From positions 4,328-68,327 of the forward strand of contig CAZMMZ010000003.1 of NCBI GenBank assembly GCA_964567575.1: a DNA stretch of 64,000 bases. The letters are read 5' to 3'. This document shows positions 8,713 through 18,156 of this stretch, one piece after another. Source of the stretch: Candidatus Undinarchaeota archaeon (GTDB taxonomy: Archaea; Undinarchaeota; Undinarchaeia; Undinarchaeales; UBA543). The stretch's first letter is position 1. Each line of letters begins with the position of its first letter. Position numbers and translations under genes: made by a program. Under the pieces are notes generated by a model. That model was not told the origin of the DNA. It ran no database searches and was given only the letters and a program-made list of their open reading frames with translations.

Positions 8713-9749
8713 CAGGGGAAACAGAATCTCGAAAGTTAGATCATATAATGATCTGTACTGAGAAGGATGTCCAATCTCAAAAATCAACACTTTTTGAGTG
8801 TGTTGATTTTTTGGATGGTCCTAAATTTTTAAGTGAACCTGATTTAGATTGTAGCACAACTTTTTTCAAAAAGAAATTGAATTATCCAATTATAATTGCT
8901 GGAATGACAGGGGGTGTTGCCGATGCTGAGCAAATTAATAAAAATTTAGCTCAAGCTGCTGAAGAGCTTGGTCTTGGTTTTGGTCTTGGTTCACAACGAG
9001 CAATGCTTGAAAATCCAACTTTGAAAAAGACATACGAAGTGCGAGATATTGCTCCTAATGTTCTATTACTTGGAAATATTGGAGCTGCGCAACTTTCTGA
9101 ATATTCACAAGAACAAATTGAAAATCTTGCATTAACTGTTGGCGCAAATGTTTTGGCTGTTCATCTAAATTCAATTCAGGAAAAAATTCAACCTGAAGGA
9201 AATCTTCCTGATATTGATTATTCTGAAAAAGTAAAACAATTATGTTCTTCTGTAAAACTTCCAGTTATCCTTAAAGAAACTGGTATGGGCATTTCTTCAA
9301 AAGATGCTCACAGTTTCAGAGAATCTGGAATTGCAGGAATTGATGTTGGTGGTGCAGGTGGAACTTCTTTCGCACGAGTTGAACTTGAGCGTGGTGGAAA
9401 TGGGGAATTCCATAATCTGGAAAATTCAGGAATTCCAACTGCAGCTAGTATCCTTGAAGTCAGAAAAGTATTTCCTAATATTCCAATAATTGCTACTGGT
9501 GGGATTCGGACTGGGTTTGATGTTGCAAAATCAATAGCCCTTGGCGCAGATGTTGCTGGTATAGCTCTTCCTTTATTGAAACCAGCGCAGGAAAGTACTG
9601 AAGCTGTTGTTGGGAAGCTTGAAAAAATAATTGAGGATTTGAAAAAAGCAATGATTTCTTCAAATTCTCCAACTGTAAGTGATTTAAAGGCAGATAAGAT
9701 TAACATAAATGGAGAATTGCTTGAATGGGTAGAAAACTTGAAAAATTAA
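8709..9749 (+). CDS. fni: Type 2 (FMN-dependent) isopentenyl-diphosphate delta-isomerase
   Basis: IIIAGMTGG, GLGSQRAML, ATGGIRTG and GADVAGIA motifs of IDI-2. Confidence 0.9.
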   Translation: MTGETESRKLDHIMICTEKDVQSQKSTLFECVDFLDGPKFLSEPDLDCSTTFFKKKLNYPIIIAGMTGGVADAEQINKNLAQAAEELGLGFGLGSQRAMLENPTLKKTYEVRDIAPNVLLLGNIGAAQLSEYSQEQIENLALTVGANVLAVHLNSIQEKIQPEGNLPDIDYSEKVKQLCSSVKLPVILKETGMGISSKDAHSFRESGIAGIDVGGAGGTSFARVELERGGNGEFHNLENSGIPTAASILEVRKVFPNIPIIATGGIRTGFDVAKSIALGADVAGIALPLLKPAQESTEAVVGKLEKIIEDLKKAMISSNSPTVSDLKADKININGELLEWVENLKN

Positions 9750-10570
9750 AGGCGTTTAGTGAATTAATTCGTATTAAGGAAACATTTTTTGTTTTTGTTT
9801 CTGTTCTTGCAACTATTCTATTATGTCAAGGGAATGTGTTCAATTGGAAAATCACTCTTCCAGCTTTGTTGGCAATCATTTTTATTGCAGCTGGTGGAAA
9901 TATGATAAATGATTCTTTTGATTTTTTTATTGATCTTGTTAATCGTCCTGACAGACCATTACCTTCTGGTCGGTTTTCAAGGAAGAATGCAAAGAGATTG
10001 TCTTTTGTTTTATTTTTTATTGGAATATTTTTTTCATTATTTCTTCCATTGCTTTCAATAGTTATTGCATGTTTTACAGTAGTCCTTTTAATATTCTATT
10101 CTTATTTTTTCAAAAGAAGTGGTTTTTTAGGGAATTTTTTTGTAAGTTATATGTTCGCATCTATTTTTGTTGCTGTAGCTGCTACAACTCCTAATTTAAT
10201 GACTGGTATTTTTATTGGGATCTTGGCATTCTTTACTTCATCTGCTCATGAAATTCTAAAAGATATGGAAGATGTTCGTGGTGATAAAATCGGTGGTGTA
10301 AAAACACTTCCAATAAATCATGGAATCAAAAAAACCAATTTTATTGTTTTTTCATTCCTTCTTATAGCAATTCTTTTCACCCCAATCCCGTATTTTCTTG
10401 GGTTAGTTTCTTTTTATTATCTCTTTGTTATTTTCATTGCTGATTTGGTTTTCGTAAAAGTTATATTATCAGTACTCCGTAGTTCTTATACAAATCCAAC
10501 CAAAAATGTTAATCTCATTTTATTTGGTGTTGGTATTGTGTTCTTGGCATTTTTTGCCGGGTTGCTATAA
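9725..10570 (+). CDS. UbiA-family prenyltransferase, probably digeranylgeranylglyceryl phosphate synthase
   Basis: NMINDSFDFFIDLVNRPDRPLPSGR (NDxxDxxxD) and a second Asp-rich motif KDMEDVRGD. About 8 TM helices, at the end of the isoprenoid operon. Confidence 0.8.
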   Translation: MGRKLEKLKAFSELIRIKETFFVFVSVLATILLCQGNVFNWKITLPALLAIIFIAAGGNMINDSFDFFIDLVNRPDRPLPSGRFSRKNAKRLSFVLFFIGIFFSLFLPLLSIVIACFTVVLLIFYSYFFKRSGFLGNFFVSYMFASIFVAVAATTPNLMTGIFIGILAFFTSSAHEILKDMEDVRGDKIGGVKTLPINHGIKKTNFIVFSFLLIAILFTPIPYFLGLVSFYYLFVIFIADLVFVKVILSVLRSSYTNPTKNVNLILFGVGIVFLAFFAGLL

Positions 10571-10842
10571 TGGCCATTTCAAAAGCAGCTACACTTTCAG
10601 TATTACTCGCAGTTGTGCTATTATACCTCACACCACTCCACCCTGCAGCTGTTTTTGTTATAGCAGGTATCGGTGTTACATTTCTTTACCGTGCAATAAA
10701 AGGATGTTTTAATTTCGTTAACCCAATGGCAATTACTGGAGTTGGAGTTGTTGTTGTTCTTCATTATTTCTACCCTAACCTAATTGTTGCTCTTGTTGCT
10801 GGTCTTGCAATTTCTGTTATTACTGGTCTAGTACTTCCATAA
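10570..10842 (+). CDS. Small membrane protein (3 TM helices)
   Basis: The ATG overlaps the stop of the UbiA gene (TAATG). The protein is entirely hydrophobic. Confidence 0.5.
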   Translation: MAISKAATLSVLLAVVLLYLTPLHPAAVFVIAGIGVTFLYRAIKGCFNFVNPMAITGVGVVVVLHYFYPNLIVALVAGLAISVITGLVLP

Positions 10843-10880
10843 CAACAAATTATAAAAATATCCAAATATAGGTATTATTA

Positions 10881-11237
10881 GTGATTTCAATGAAGGGGTT
10901 CAAAACATTTCTTATAGGGCTTGCTGGCTTTGTTTCTATTGTACTAACTGCATTTTTCTTCAACATAAATATGGGAGTTTTATTATTCACTATTGTTATT
11001 TTCTCTTTTATTCATCCAACAGTTTCTTTTATTCATTCAAATAAATCCACTGATTCGTATGTAGATGATACGGTTTCTAATATCGAAGCTACTCCTGAAA
11101 TTATAGAACACCTTGAAGAAAAAGTTCATGATGTTATTGACTTCACAAAAGAAAAAGTTTCAAAAACATGGAAGCAATACACCACTGAAGCAGAATCAAT
11201 AGCATGCGAGCTAACTGATTTTATGCATTCAAAATAA
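10881..11237 (+). CDS. Small membrane protein with an acidic C-terminal domain
   Basis: Two N-terminal TM helices. Starts are possible at GTG 10881 or ATG 10890. Confidence 0.45.
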   Translation: MISMKGFKTFLIGLAGFVSIVLTAFFFNINMGVLLFTIVIFSFIHPTVSFIHSNKSTDSYVDDTVSNIEATPEIIEHLEEKVHDVIDFTKEKVSKTWKQYTTEAESIACELTDFMHSK

Positions 11238-11243
11238 ATTAAT

Positions 11244-11855
11244 TTATTTTACAAGTTTTCCAAGTTCTGCTGATTTCTCACCAAGAATTTTTGCAGCTTC
11301 AGAAACGATTTTTCCAGGTTCTAGATTTCCGTGGCTCTCAACTCTGAATGAAAATACTGGGTTAGTTCCCTTTTCATATCCATAGCTGATAACTCCGGTT
11401 TGCCATTTTGCATGTTCTTTTCCTTTACCTAGCATTGCAATTGCTTCAATTTTGACTTTTTGATTCTCTAGAAGTTTTGTTATAGGAATATTAGTGTCTG
11501 TAACAGTTGTTTTTGGATCATTTGATTTAAGGTCGCCAGAATAAACTGTACATGGTCCTTTCTTTACAAGAGTGAATGAAACTTGGCATTTTGGACATCC
11601 TTTTCCTTTACAAGTGCACTTGTCTGGGAGTTTGAATGTTCTAAGATCAGTCTTTATTGGAACAAGTCCAATTCTATGTGCAACAATTTCGTCATAAAGT
11701 GCAGAACCGTTTTCATAAATTGTAACATCATCAATTGCTAGAACTGGAACTTCAGAAAGCATTAGTCTTCTAAGTGTGTTTGCAAAAGAAGGTGTGATTC
11801 CTTCTATATCAAAAGTTAGAACATTCTTTTCTTTTTTAACATTGGAAATTTTCAT
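11244..11855 (-). CDS. rpoD: DNA-directed RNA polymerase subunit D (Rpo3)
   Basis: FANTLRRLMLSEVPVLAIDDVTIYENGSALYDEIVAHRIGLVPI is the Rpo3/RpoD dimerisation domain. It lies immediately downstream of uS11, as in the conserved archaeal operon. Confidence 0.9.
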   Translation of the reverse strand: MKISNVKKEKNVLTFDIEGITPSFANTLRRLMLSEVPVLAIDDVTIYENGSALYDEIVAHRIGLVPIKTDLRTFKLPDKCTCKGKGCPKCQVSFTLVKKGPCTVYSGDLKSNDPKTTVTDTNIPITKLLENQKVKIEAIAMLGKGKEHAKWQTGVISYGYEKGTNPVFSFRVESHGNLEPGKIVSEAAKILGEKSAELGKLVK

Positions 11856-12251
11856 TTAAACTCTCCTTCCTCTTTTTCCGCCCTTGCGTCTCATTGTGCC
11901 ATGAGCGACTGGAGTGACGTCCTCTATTTTTCCAACGCGCAATCCAGCTCGTGTTAGAGATCGAATAGCTGCTTGTGCGCCTGGTCCTGGTGAGCGGGAT
12001 TTGTTTCCGCCTGGTGCCTTAACGCGAATATCAACATCGTATATTCCTTTACTTTTTAATTCATCAGCTATTTTATTGACCTGTTGCATTGCTGCAAATG
12101 GGCCTGGCTTTTCTCTACCACTTCTAACTACCATTCCACCAGATGTGGATGATATTGTCTCTGCGCCGGTTATATCTGTAACATTAATTATTGTGTTATT
12201 GAAAGAGGAAAAAATATGAATTATTCCTTTCTTGTTTATTTCTTTACTCAT
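11856..12251 (-). CDS. rps11: 30S ribosomal protein uS11
   Basis: [17 protein letters not shown]...[39 protein letters not shown]. Confidence 0.95.
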   Translation of the reverse strand: MSKEINKKGIIHIFSSFNNTIINVTDITGAETISSTSGGMVVRSGREKPGPFAAMQQVNKIADELKSKGIYDVDIRVKAPGGNKSRSPGPGAQAAIRSLTRAGLRVGKIEDVTPVAHGTMRRKGGKRGRRV

Positions 12252-12844
12252 TCTGCGTCACCTTCCTTTTTCTCTTCAGCTGGTGCTTCTGGTTTTGCTT
12301 CTCCGCCTTCAAGTGCTGGGGATTCTTCAGGACCTTTTGCTTCTTTCTTTTTTGGAGCTCTTGGAGCTCGTGAAATTCCTACATATGCAATTGTTTCTTC
12401 TTTATCAACAGGTACAATTGTTCCAGGGATTGAATGTTTTCTTCCATTGTATTTTACCTGTCCATGAATGATCATTTGTCGTGCTTCTTTTGCAGTTTTT
12501 GCAATTCCTTTTGCTTTCAAAATACTTTGCAAACGTCGTGTAAGAACATCACGAACATTTAATCCTAGAATATCTGAAAGTGTTGCGCCTTTTGAAACAA
12601 TTCCTTGTCTTGTAAGACGGTTGAGAAGTAATTTTTGGAGGTTTTCTCCTTTTTCATCTTTTTTACCAATAAGTTGTCGTGCTTGTTGCCGTGCATTACT
12701 AATAAAAGTCTTTGCGCGCCAAATTTCACGATTGTTTTTTAATCCGAATTCTCTTTTAAGTTTGAGTTCATCAGCAATCCTTGTACCTTGCCACATGTGT
12801 GCAGGCGTTGTGAATTTTTTGCGTGTTTTTTTTGGATCTCCCAT
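12248..12844 (-). CDS. rps4: 30S ribosomal protein uS4 with a P/E/A/K-rich C-terminal tail
   Basis: [18 protein letters not shown]...[12 protein letters not shown]...IHGQVKYNG is the archaeal S4 pattern. The last ~40 aa are low complexity ([34 protein letters not shown]). Confidence 0.95.
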   Translation of the reverse strand: MGDPKKTRKKFTTPAHMWQGTRIADELKLKREFGLKNNREIWRAKTFISNARQQARQLIGKKDEKGENLQKLLLNRLTRQGIVSKGATLSDILGLNVRDVLTRRLQSILKAKGIAKTAKEARQMIIHGQVKYNGRKHSIPGTIVPVDKEETIAYVGISRAPRAPKKKEAKGPEESPALEGGEAKPEAPAEEKKEGDAE

Positions 12845-12857
12845 CTTTATTTACTCC

Positions 12858-13304
12858 TTATTTCTTTTTCTGAACTCCAACAGTTTTGTTCTTTCGTCCT
12901 GAGGATCGTGTTCGCTGACCACGAACAGTTAGTTTGAACATGTGTCGAATTCCGCGATATGATTTTTTCTTTTTCATATTTGTTATATCTTCACGGTTTA
13001 CAAGCATTAAATTTGTTTCAACATTGTGAGTATCAATACCGGTTTCAGGATCTTTTCTCCGGTTTAAGAGCCATTTTGGGAATTCAAGTGTGTGTGGGGC
13101 TTCTAGCATTTTTTCAAGTATTTTCATTTCTGCATCTGTTAAATCACCCATTAAAATTTTATCATCAAAACCAGCTTTTTTTCTTATTGCACGAGCGGTC
13201 ATAAAACTAATACCTCGCATGTGTCGTAGTGCTGACTCTACTGGAACCTCTCCCGGAAGATCCTTTCTCATCAATCTAACAAGTTTTTTAGTGTCTGCCA
13301 TCAA
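12858..13304 (-). CDS. rps13: 30S ribosomal protein uS13
   Basis: VESALRHMRGISFMTARAIRKKAG...SYRGIRHMFKLTVRGQRTRS. Confidence 0.95.
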   Translation of the reverse strand: MMADTKKLVRLMRKDLPGEVPVESALRHMRGISFMTARAIRKKAGFDDKILMGDLTDAEMKILEKMLEAPHTLEFPKWLLNRRKDPETGIDTHNVETNLMLVNREDITNMKKKKSYRGIRHMFKLTVRGQRTRSSGRKNKTVGVQKKK

Positions 13305-13381
13305 ATTATCCCCAATAAAAAGGAATTTAGCGGATTTAAGAGTATCAAACCGTTATATATGCTTTTTGGGACTGCCTCTCT

Positions 13382-14032
13382 TTATAAAATATTCGGTTGC
13401 AAGTTTTCGAAACTTGCGCGTATTTTAGAAAGATTTTCTTGCGCGTCTGTTATCTCTGTAAGTTGTAAAGTAGCGTAAGCGCTCTTCAAATGCGGAACTT
13501 CTTTATCATTAATTATTGTTAAAAGATATGCTGCGATGTTGTTAAGATTTACTAGATTATTGCAAGCTCTTTCTTTCCATTTTTTATCTTCAACTTCTTT
13601 ATTCACTTTATTTATTATATCTGCTGACAGTTTCTGTATACTCACAAGAAGATTTATTTGATGCTCCAAATGTACTGCGAATTCTAATTCTTCCTCAACT
13701 TCTTTTAGAATTTCACGTTCAGTTGTACCTTTTGCATCTTTTTCAAGTTCGTCAACAAGCTTTGCTTCTTCTTCAATTGATTCTGATAATGTTCTTGTAT
13801 CAACTTCAAGAGCAAGAAGTAATTTTCCTATTTCAGGAGATGCATGTTTTTCAGATTCTTTTACAAGCATCATAATTTGATCTATTTCGTTTTTTGGATT
13901 TTTCAAATCCTCGCCAAGCTCATCTTTCTTGCCGGTCATGAAGTCTCTTTTCTCCTTAACGACTTTCTCTGCGTTCTCAAGATGTTTCCTAACAGAAAGC
14001 ATCCCTCCTTTTTTTAAATATTCTTTATCCAT
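13382..14032 (-). CDS. All-helical or coiled-coil hypothetical protein
   Basis: E/K/L-rich heptad-like sequence. It starts 2 nt after the stop of the upstream restriction-endonuclease-fold gene, so co-transcription is likely. Confidence 0.5.
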   Translation of the reverse strand: MDKEYLKKGGMLSVRKHLENAEKVVKEKRDFMTGKKDELGEDLKNPKNEIDQIMMLVKESEKHASPEIGKLLLALEVDTRTLSESIEEEAKLVDELEKDAKGTTEREILKEVEEELEFAVHLEHQINLLVSIQKLSADIINKVNKEVEDKKWKERACNNLVNLNNIAAYLLTIINDKEVPHLKSAYATLQLTEITDAQENLSKIRASFENLQPNIL

Positions 14033-14034
14033 TT

Positions 14035-15639
14035 TTAAAATAGTCCTTTCTTTCCTTTTGCTTTTTTAACTAGTTCTTTAGTTTTTGTTTTTCTAAGTTT
14101 TTCTAGTGCTCTCTTTTCTCCACCTGTTAGTTTTCCTTCTTCTGCTAGTTTTTCAAGCTGAGCAATTGCGCCTTTTGCATCTTCCATTGGTTTTATTTTC
14201 TTTAGGTATTTCTTCTTTGTAAGTTGTGGGTGTCCATACATTGGAACTGGATATTTTTTCAAATAATCTTGTATTAGATAAATGACTGCGTATCCTGGTC
14301 CCATAAAAATAAACACAAGCAAAAGTCCTAGAATCAAACTAAGTCCCCAAGTTGCACTTACGAAAGCATAAATTGTTCCCATTGTTATCATTAACAAAAC
14401 AATCCAAAGATAAATTGGTTTTATTTCTAAACTGTAATTCCACCAAAGAACTGAAAGTCCTAATGTAACACTTCGCATGAACTTGACATAACGGTCGCGG
14501 CCTAACAGTTTCATTAGCGATCGTTCCATGTAATAATAAATAATATCTCTTTTCTTACTTCCATAAAGTTTCCACTGATTGAATATATCTCCGAAAACAG
14601 CAGTCATTTTAATACCATCATACTCAGTATCTTCCCAAGCATTCTTGACAATCGGTCTGTAGAAGTAGAAGAATTTCCACCATGGGTGGTAAATTAATTC
14701 ACGTCCTGTTATAACAACATCTTCAGGATCAACAGCTTCAATATATGAAACCCATTGGATAGCTGCGAGTTTTGCTTCGTGCTTTTCCATTGTTGGTCTG
14801 TAAACTTCATACTTTACTCCTTTCGGAAGTTTTGGCTTTTGGATTTTTCCACGAGGAGCCATATTACAAGATTCAATTGCATTTATGATATTGACTTCTT
14901 TCCAAACTTGTCTTGCTCCCATTTTATCAACAGCTGCTGATAATGCAGGATCTGTGTCGAACCACGCATCAATTTCTCCAGTGAAAGCATTAATTGCAAA
15001 GTAACCCTTTTTCATTTGCCCGCTTTTTGAAATATGATAAGAGAATCTCCAATATGGTTCGTATGCTAGCTCTTTGTTCATAAACCAAATACATTTAAAA
15101 TTGATGAACATCATTTTTTCAAAGAACCATTTTAATTTCCACTTGACTTTTTCATAATCCCAAAGAACTGGATAAGCCGGTGCATTGAACCACCACTTCT
15201 CTTTTGTCATTGCTTTTCCAAGAAGTGTCTGAACTTTGTCTGGTGTTAATATGCTAACATTAAGAGGAACCGCTGCAGTTTCTGCATCTTCTTTTGCTCC
15301 ATTTGTTGTTAAAAGTAAAACTGAATGTGCATCTGAGTGATCTCGAATTTGCCCTGCCTGTTCACAATCTGCTACTGTAACTGGTCCTTGTCCTCGTTTG
15401 TAACGAACAATTACACGACCGAATGGGCGTTCAATATCTTTCTTTTCAGCGAGAATATCAGCTTTGTAAACAATTCCTTCCTCTTCTTTCTTAGGTAAAA
15501 CTTCACCTGGTCTTCCTGTTTCTTTTTCAAGAGGTGCAGTTGTTATTTTTCCACCTACAATTCCTACATTTCTTCGGGTTTCATACCCATACATATTTAG
15601 AAGCTCTTCTACGAAATCTAGGAGGGTGTTTATGTCCAT
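14035..15639 (-). CDS. Restriction-endonuclease-fold (Mrr-cat-like) N-terminal domain fused to a duplicated beta-rich module, 3 TM helices and a basic coiled-coil tail
   Basis: The N-terminus LLDFVEELLNMYGYE...YKADILAEK...VIVRYKRGQGPVTVADCEQ...VLLLTTNGAKEDAETAA..ILTPDKVQTLL follows the Mrr/restriction-endonuclease D..(E/Q)xK layout. Two internal repeats share ELxYxPxW(R/K)FxY. TM helices lie around residues 395-470, and the tail is K-rich. Start taken at the second ATG (MDINTLL). Confidence 0.6.
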   Translation of the reverse strand: MDINTLLDFVEELLNMYGYETRRNVGIVGGKITTAPLEKETGRPGEVLPKKEEEGIVYKADILAEKKDIERPFGRVIVRYKRGQGPVTVADCEQAGQIRDHSDAHSVLLLTTNGAKEDAETAAVPLNVSILTPDKVQTLLGKAMTKEKWWFNAPAYPVLWDYEKVKWKLKWFFEKMMFINFKCIWFMNKELAYEPYWRFSYHISKSGQMKKGYFAINAFTGEIDAWFDTDPALSAAVDKMGARQVWKEVNIINAIESCNMAPRGKIQKPKLPKGVKYEVYRPTMEKHEAKLAAIQWVSYIEAVDPEDVVITGRELIYHPWWKFFYFYRPIVKNAWEDTEYDGIKMTAVFGDIFNQWKLYGSKKRDIIYYYMERSLMKLLGRDRYVKFMRSVTLGLSVLWWNYSLEIKPIYLWIVLLMITMGTIYAFVSATWGLSLILGLLLVFIFMGPGYAVIYLIQDYLKKYPVPMYGHPQLTKKKYLKKIKPMEDAKGAIAQLEKLAEEGKLTGGEKRALEKLRKTKTKELVKKAKGKKGLF

Positions 15640-15681
15640 ACAGTAATACATAAGTACGTAAAATCATATTTAAAGGTAGTG

Positions 15682-16662
15682 ATGAGCCCAAATTATGTGT
15701 CAGAAAGCAGTGTAAAAATCCAAATTCCTACTCAGGATACTCGTCCATCTGCTTCTTCTGCATTCTATAATCCGCGAATGAAATTAAATCGCGACTTGAG
15801 CATGGCGGTTGCAAAGGAATTCTTGAAAAACCGTAAGCAAGCGTGCATCTGCGAACCGTTCTCAGCTACTGGAATCCGTGCTTTGCGATACGCAAAAGAA
15901 ACAAAATCAAATGTTTTTGCAGGTGACATACGTAAGTCTTCAGTTGATCTCATTCAAAAAAATGCAAAATTGAATCAAATCACAAATATCGAAGTTTTTC
16001 ATGGAGATGCAAATGAGCTTCTCACAGCACGAAAGTACGATTTAATTGATTTAGATCCATTTGGAACTCCCGCACCTTTTATTGACTCAGCTTTGCAAGG
16101 TTTGAAAGCAAATGGAATGCTCGCTGCTACAGCAACTGATATGATGGCGCTTTGCGGAGTTGCACCAAAGCAAGGAACTGCAATGCCAAAATATGACGGA
16201 GCAAAAGCAATGAAATGCGAGTTTGTTCACGAAGTTGCAATTCGTCTTTTACTTGGTTTTATTGCGCGCAAATCAAAACGAATTATTAAACCGGTTTTGA
16301 GTTTAAGTACTGATCATTACATTCGTGTTTTTGTTAAATTCGGAAAAATTGGTAAGAATAAAATTGGTTATGTTAATTACAATCCAAAAACAGGAAAGCG
16401 TTCTGTTTCAAAAATCAAAAAGAAAAACTTCAAACATGCTGGCCCACTTTGGATTGGCAAACTTTGGGATAAACCATTTTTGAAAAAATTAGATTTCCAG
16501 CACAAGCTCCTTGATTTTATGATTGAAGAAGCAAATGGCAAACCATTATTTTATACCACTAGAGAATTAGTAAAAGGAATTCAACCTCCAATAAAAGAAC
16601 TTCTCAAAAAATTCAAAGCAACTCGAACTCACTTTAAACCGCAAGCAATTCGAAAAAAATAA
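15682..16662 (+). CDS. trm1: tRNA (guanine26-N2)-dimethyltransferase Trm1
   Basis: FYNPRMKLNRDLS, ATGIRALRY, DLDPFGTPAPFIDSAL and MALCG motifs. Confidence 0.9.
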   Translation: MSPNYVSESSVKIQIPTQDTRPSASSAFYNPRMKLNRDLSMAVAKEFLKNRKQACICEPFSATGIRALRYAKETKSNVFAGDIRKSSVDLIQKNAKLNQITNIEVFHGDANELLTARKYDLIDLDPFGTPAPFIDSALQGLKANGMLAATATDMMALCGVAPKQGTAMPKYDGAKAMKCEFVHEVAIRLLLGFIARKSKRIIKPVLSLSTDHYIRVFVKFGKIGKNKIGYVNYNPKTGKRSVSKIKKKNFKHAGPLWIGKLWDKPFLKKLDFQHKLLDFMIEEANGKPLFYTTRELVKGIQPPIKELLKKFKATRTHFKPQAIRKK

Positions 16663-16678
16663 AAACGAAGCGCGGGGT

Positions 16679-17590
16679 TTAAGCCGCTGCTTCTGCCATT
16701 TTGTCTTCAATTCCAAGTTCTTCAATAAGTTCTTTGTATCTGTTTCGGATTGTAACCTCAGTTACTCCAGCTACTTCTGCAACTTCTCTTTGTGTTCTCT
16801 TTTCATTTTCTAAAGTTGAAGCTACGTAAATTGAAGCTGCTGCAACACCAGTTGGTCCACGACCAGAAATCAGATCTTTGGTTTGTGCACTCTTTAAAAT
16901 TGCAATTGCACGCTCTTGTGTGTTTGGGCTGAGTTTTAGCTCAGATGAAAATCTTGAGATGTAATCAATTGGAGATGTTGGTAGTAATTTAATACCAAGT
17001 TCTCGTGTGATAAATCGGTATGTTCTTCCAACTTCTCTTTTCTTTACTCCTGAACCTTCAGCAATTTCATCAAGTGTTCTTGGAACATTGTGTTTTCTGC
17101 AGGCTGCGTAGAGCGCTGCTGCAACAACAGATTCCATTGAACGTCCTCGAACAAGTCCGCGTGTTACTGCTTTTCTGTAAATCAAAGCAGTTGTTTCGCG
17201 TATGTTTTTTGGAAGTCCAATTGCACTTGATATTCTATCAAGTTCAGAAAGAGCGTAGCGAAGGTTTCTTTCTGTAGCAGTAGAAACCTGTCTGTGCCAT
17301 CTCTTAAGTCTGTAAAAAGCTGCCCGCTTTGATGGCGGTAGCTTGTATAAATCTGAATATCCTTGATCACCAATCGAGGTGCTTAGACCTTTATCGTGAC
17401 GTGTATATGTTAAGAAAGAACCAGTTCTGTCACGCTTGCTTTTTTGTTCATAATCAAAAGCGCGCCATTCCTGAGTTGTATCAATTTGTCGTTCTTCTAG
17501 AACTAAACCGCATTTCCCGCAGATTTTCTCTGCACGTCTTGCGTCTGTAGTCAAACTTTCTGATCCGCATTCTGGACATTTATCAGCCAT
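16679..17590 (-). CDS. tfb: Transcription initiation factor B (TFB)
   Basis: N-terminal zinc ribbon CPECGS..CGKCGLV, a B-finger, and two cyclin-fold repeats ([18 protein letters not shown] / [14 protein letters not shown]). Confidence 0.95.
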   Translation of the reverse strand: MADKCPECGSESLTTDARRAEKICGKCGLVLEERQIDTTQEWRAFDYEQKSKRDRTGSFLTYTRHDKGLSTSIGDQGYSDLYKLPPSKRAAFYRLKRWHRQVSTATERNLRYALSELDRISSAIGLPKNIRETTALIYRKAVTRGLVRGRSMESVVAAALYAACRKHNVPRTLDEIAEGSGVKKREVGRTYRFITRELGIKLLPTSPIDYISRFSSELKLSPNTQERAIAILKSAQTKDLISGRGPTGVAAASIYVASTLENEKRTQREVAEVAGVTEVTIRNRYKELIEELGIEDKMAEAAA

Positions 17591-17597
17591 TTTTCAC

Positions 17598-17828
17598 CTA
17601 TTTAGTATACAATACTTTGCCAATCATTTTCTCAACATCCACACTTTTGGAATGTTTGATTGTGGCATACGGCTTTTTTATTGGCCCGAAAACATCAGAA
17701 ATAATGCCAATTTTTTTCTCATCTTCTGTGAAAACTAACATATTTTCCTTTTTAGGAATACTGTTTTCACAGCGCAGAACCAACATATGGTTCTTCGAAT
17801 CATGGAGAACTGTACCGATTGCTTGCAT
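17598..17828 (-). CDS. gar1: H/ACA RNP component Gar1
   Basis: 76 aa with IGIISDVFGPIKKPYATIK, adjacent to tfb as in many archaea. Confidence 0.8.
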   Translation of the reverse strand: MQAIGTVLHDSKNHMLVLRCENSIPKKENMLVFTEDEKKIGIISDVFGPIKKPYATIKHSKSVDVEKMIGKVLYTK

Positions 17829-17899
17829 ACCTTTAAATAGGGGTAAAAAATCTTGTATATATACCTTTCGGTATTTCTAATTTTTAAATATTTCTCTTT

Positions 17900-18133
17900 T
17901 TACATGCCTTTGCTCTTCCAAGCAAGGAAGAACAGAGCCACGAAGCTTACCAAAAGTAGTGACAAGCTTGCAATTGAGAACACACTGCTTCCACCATCTT
18001 CAGCTACAGTGTTTCCTAGAACAGAAAAACCAGTTAAAGAAAGTCCAGAAACCGCAAACATAGAAACTACAGTGATTGCAGCTATTGCGATTAATGAGAT
18101 TTGAAGCACACGTTCAACAGTGACCTTTGTCAT
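17900..18133 (-). CDS. Small membrane protein (2 TM helices)
   Basis: Hydrophobic 77-aa ORF with no recognised homology. Confidence 0.4.
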   Translation of the reverse strand: MTKVTVERVLQISLIAIAAITVVSMFAVSGLSLTGFSVLGNTVAEDGGSSVFSIASLSLLLVSFVALFFLAWKSKGM

Positions 18134-18156
18134 ACTATTTTCCTGGTTAAATTAGT

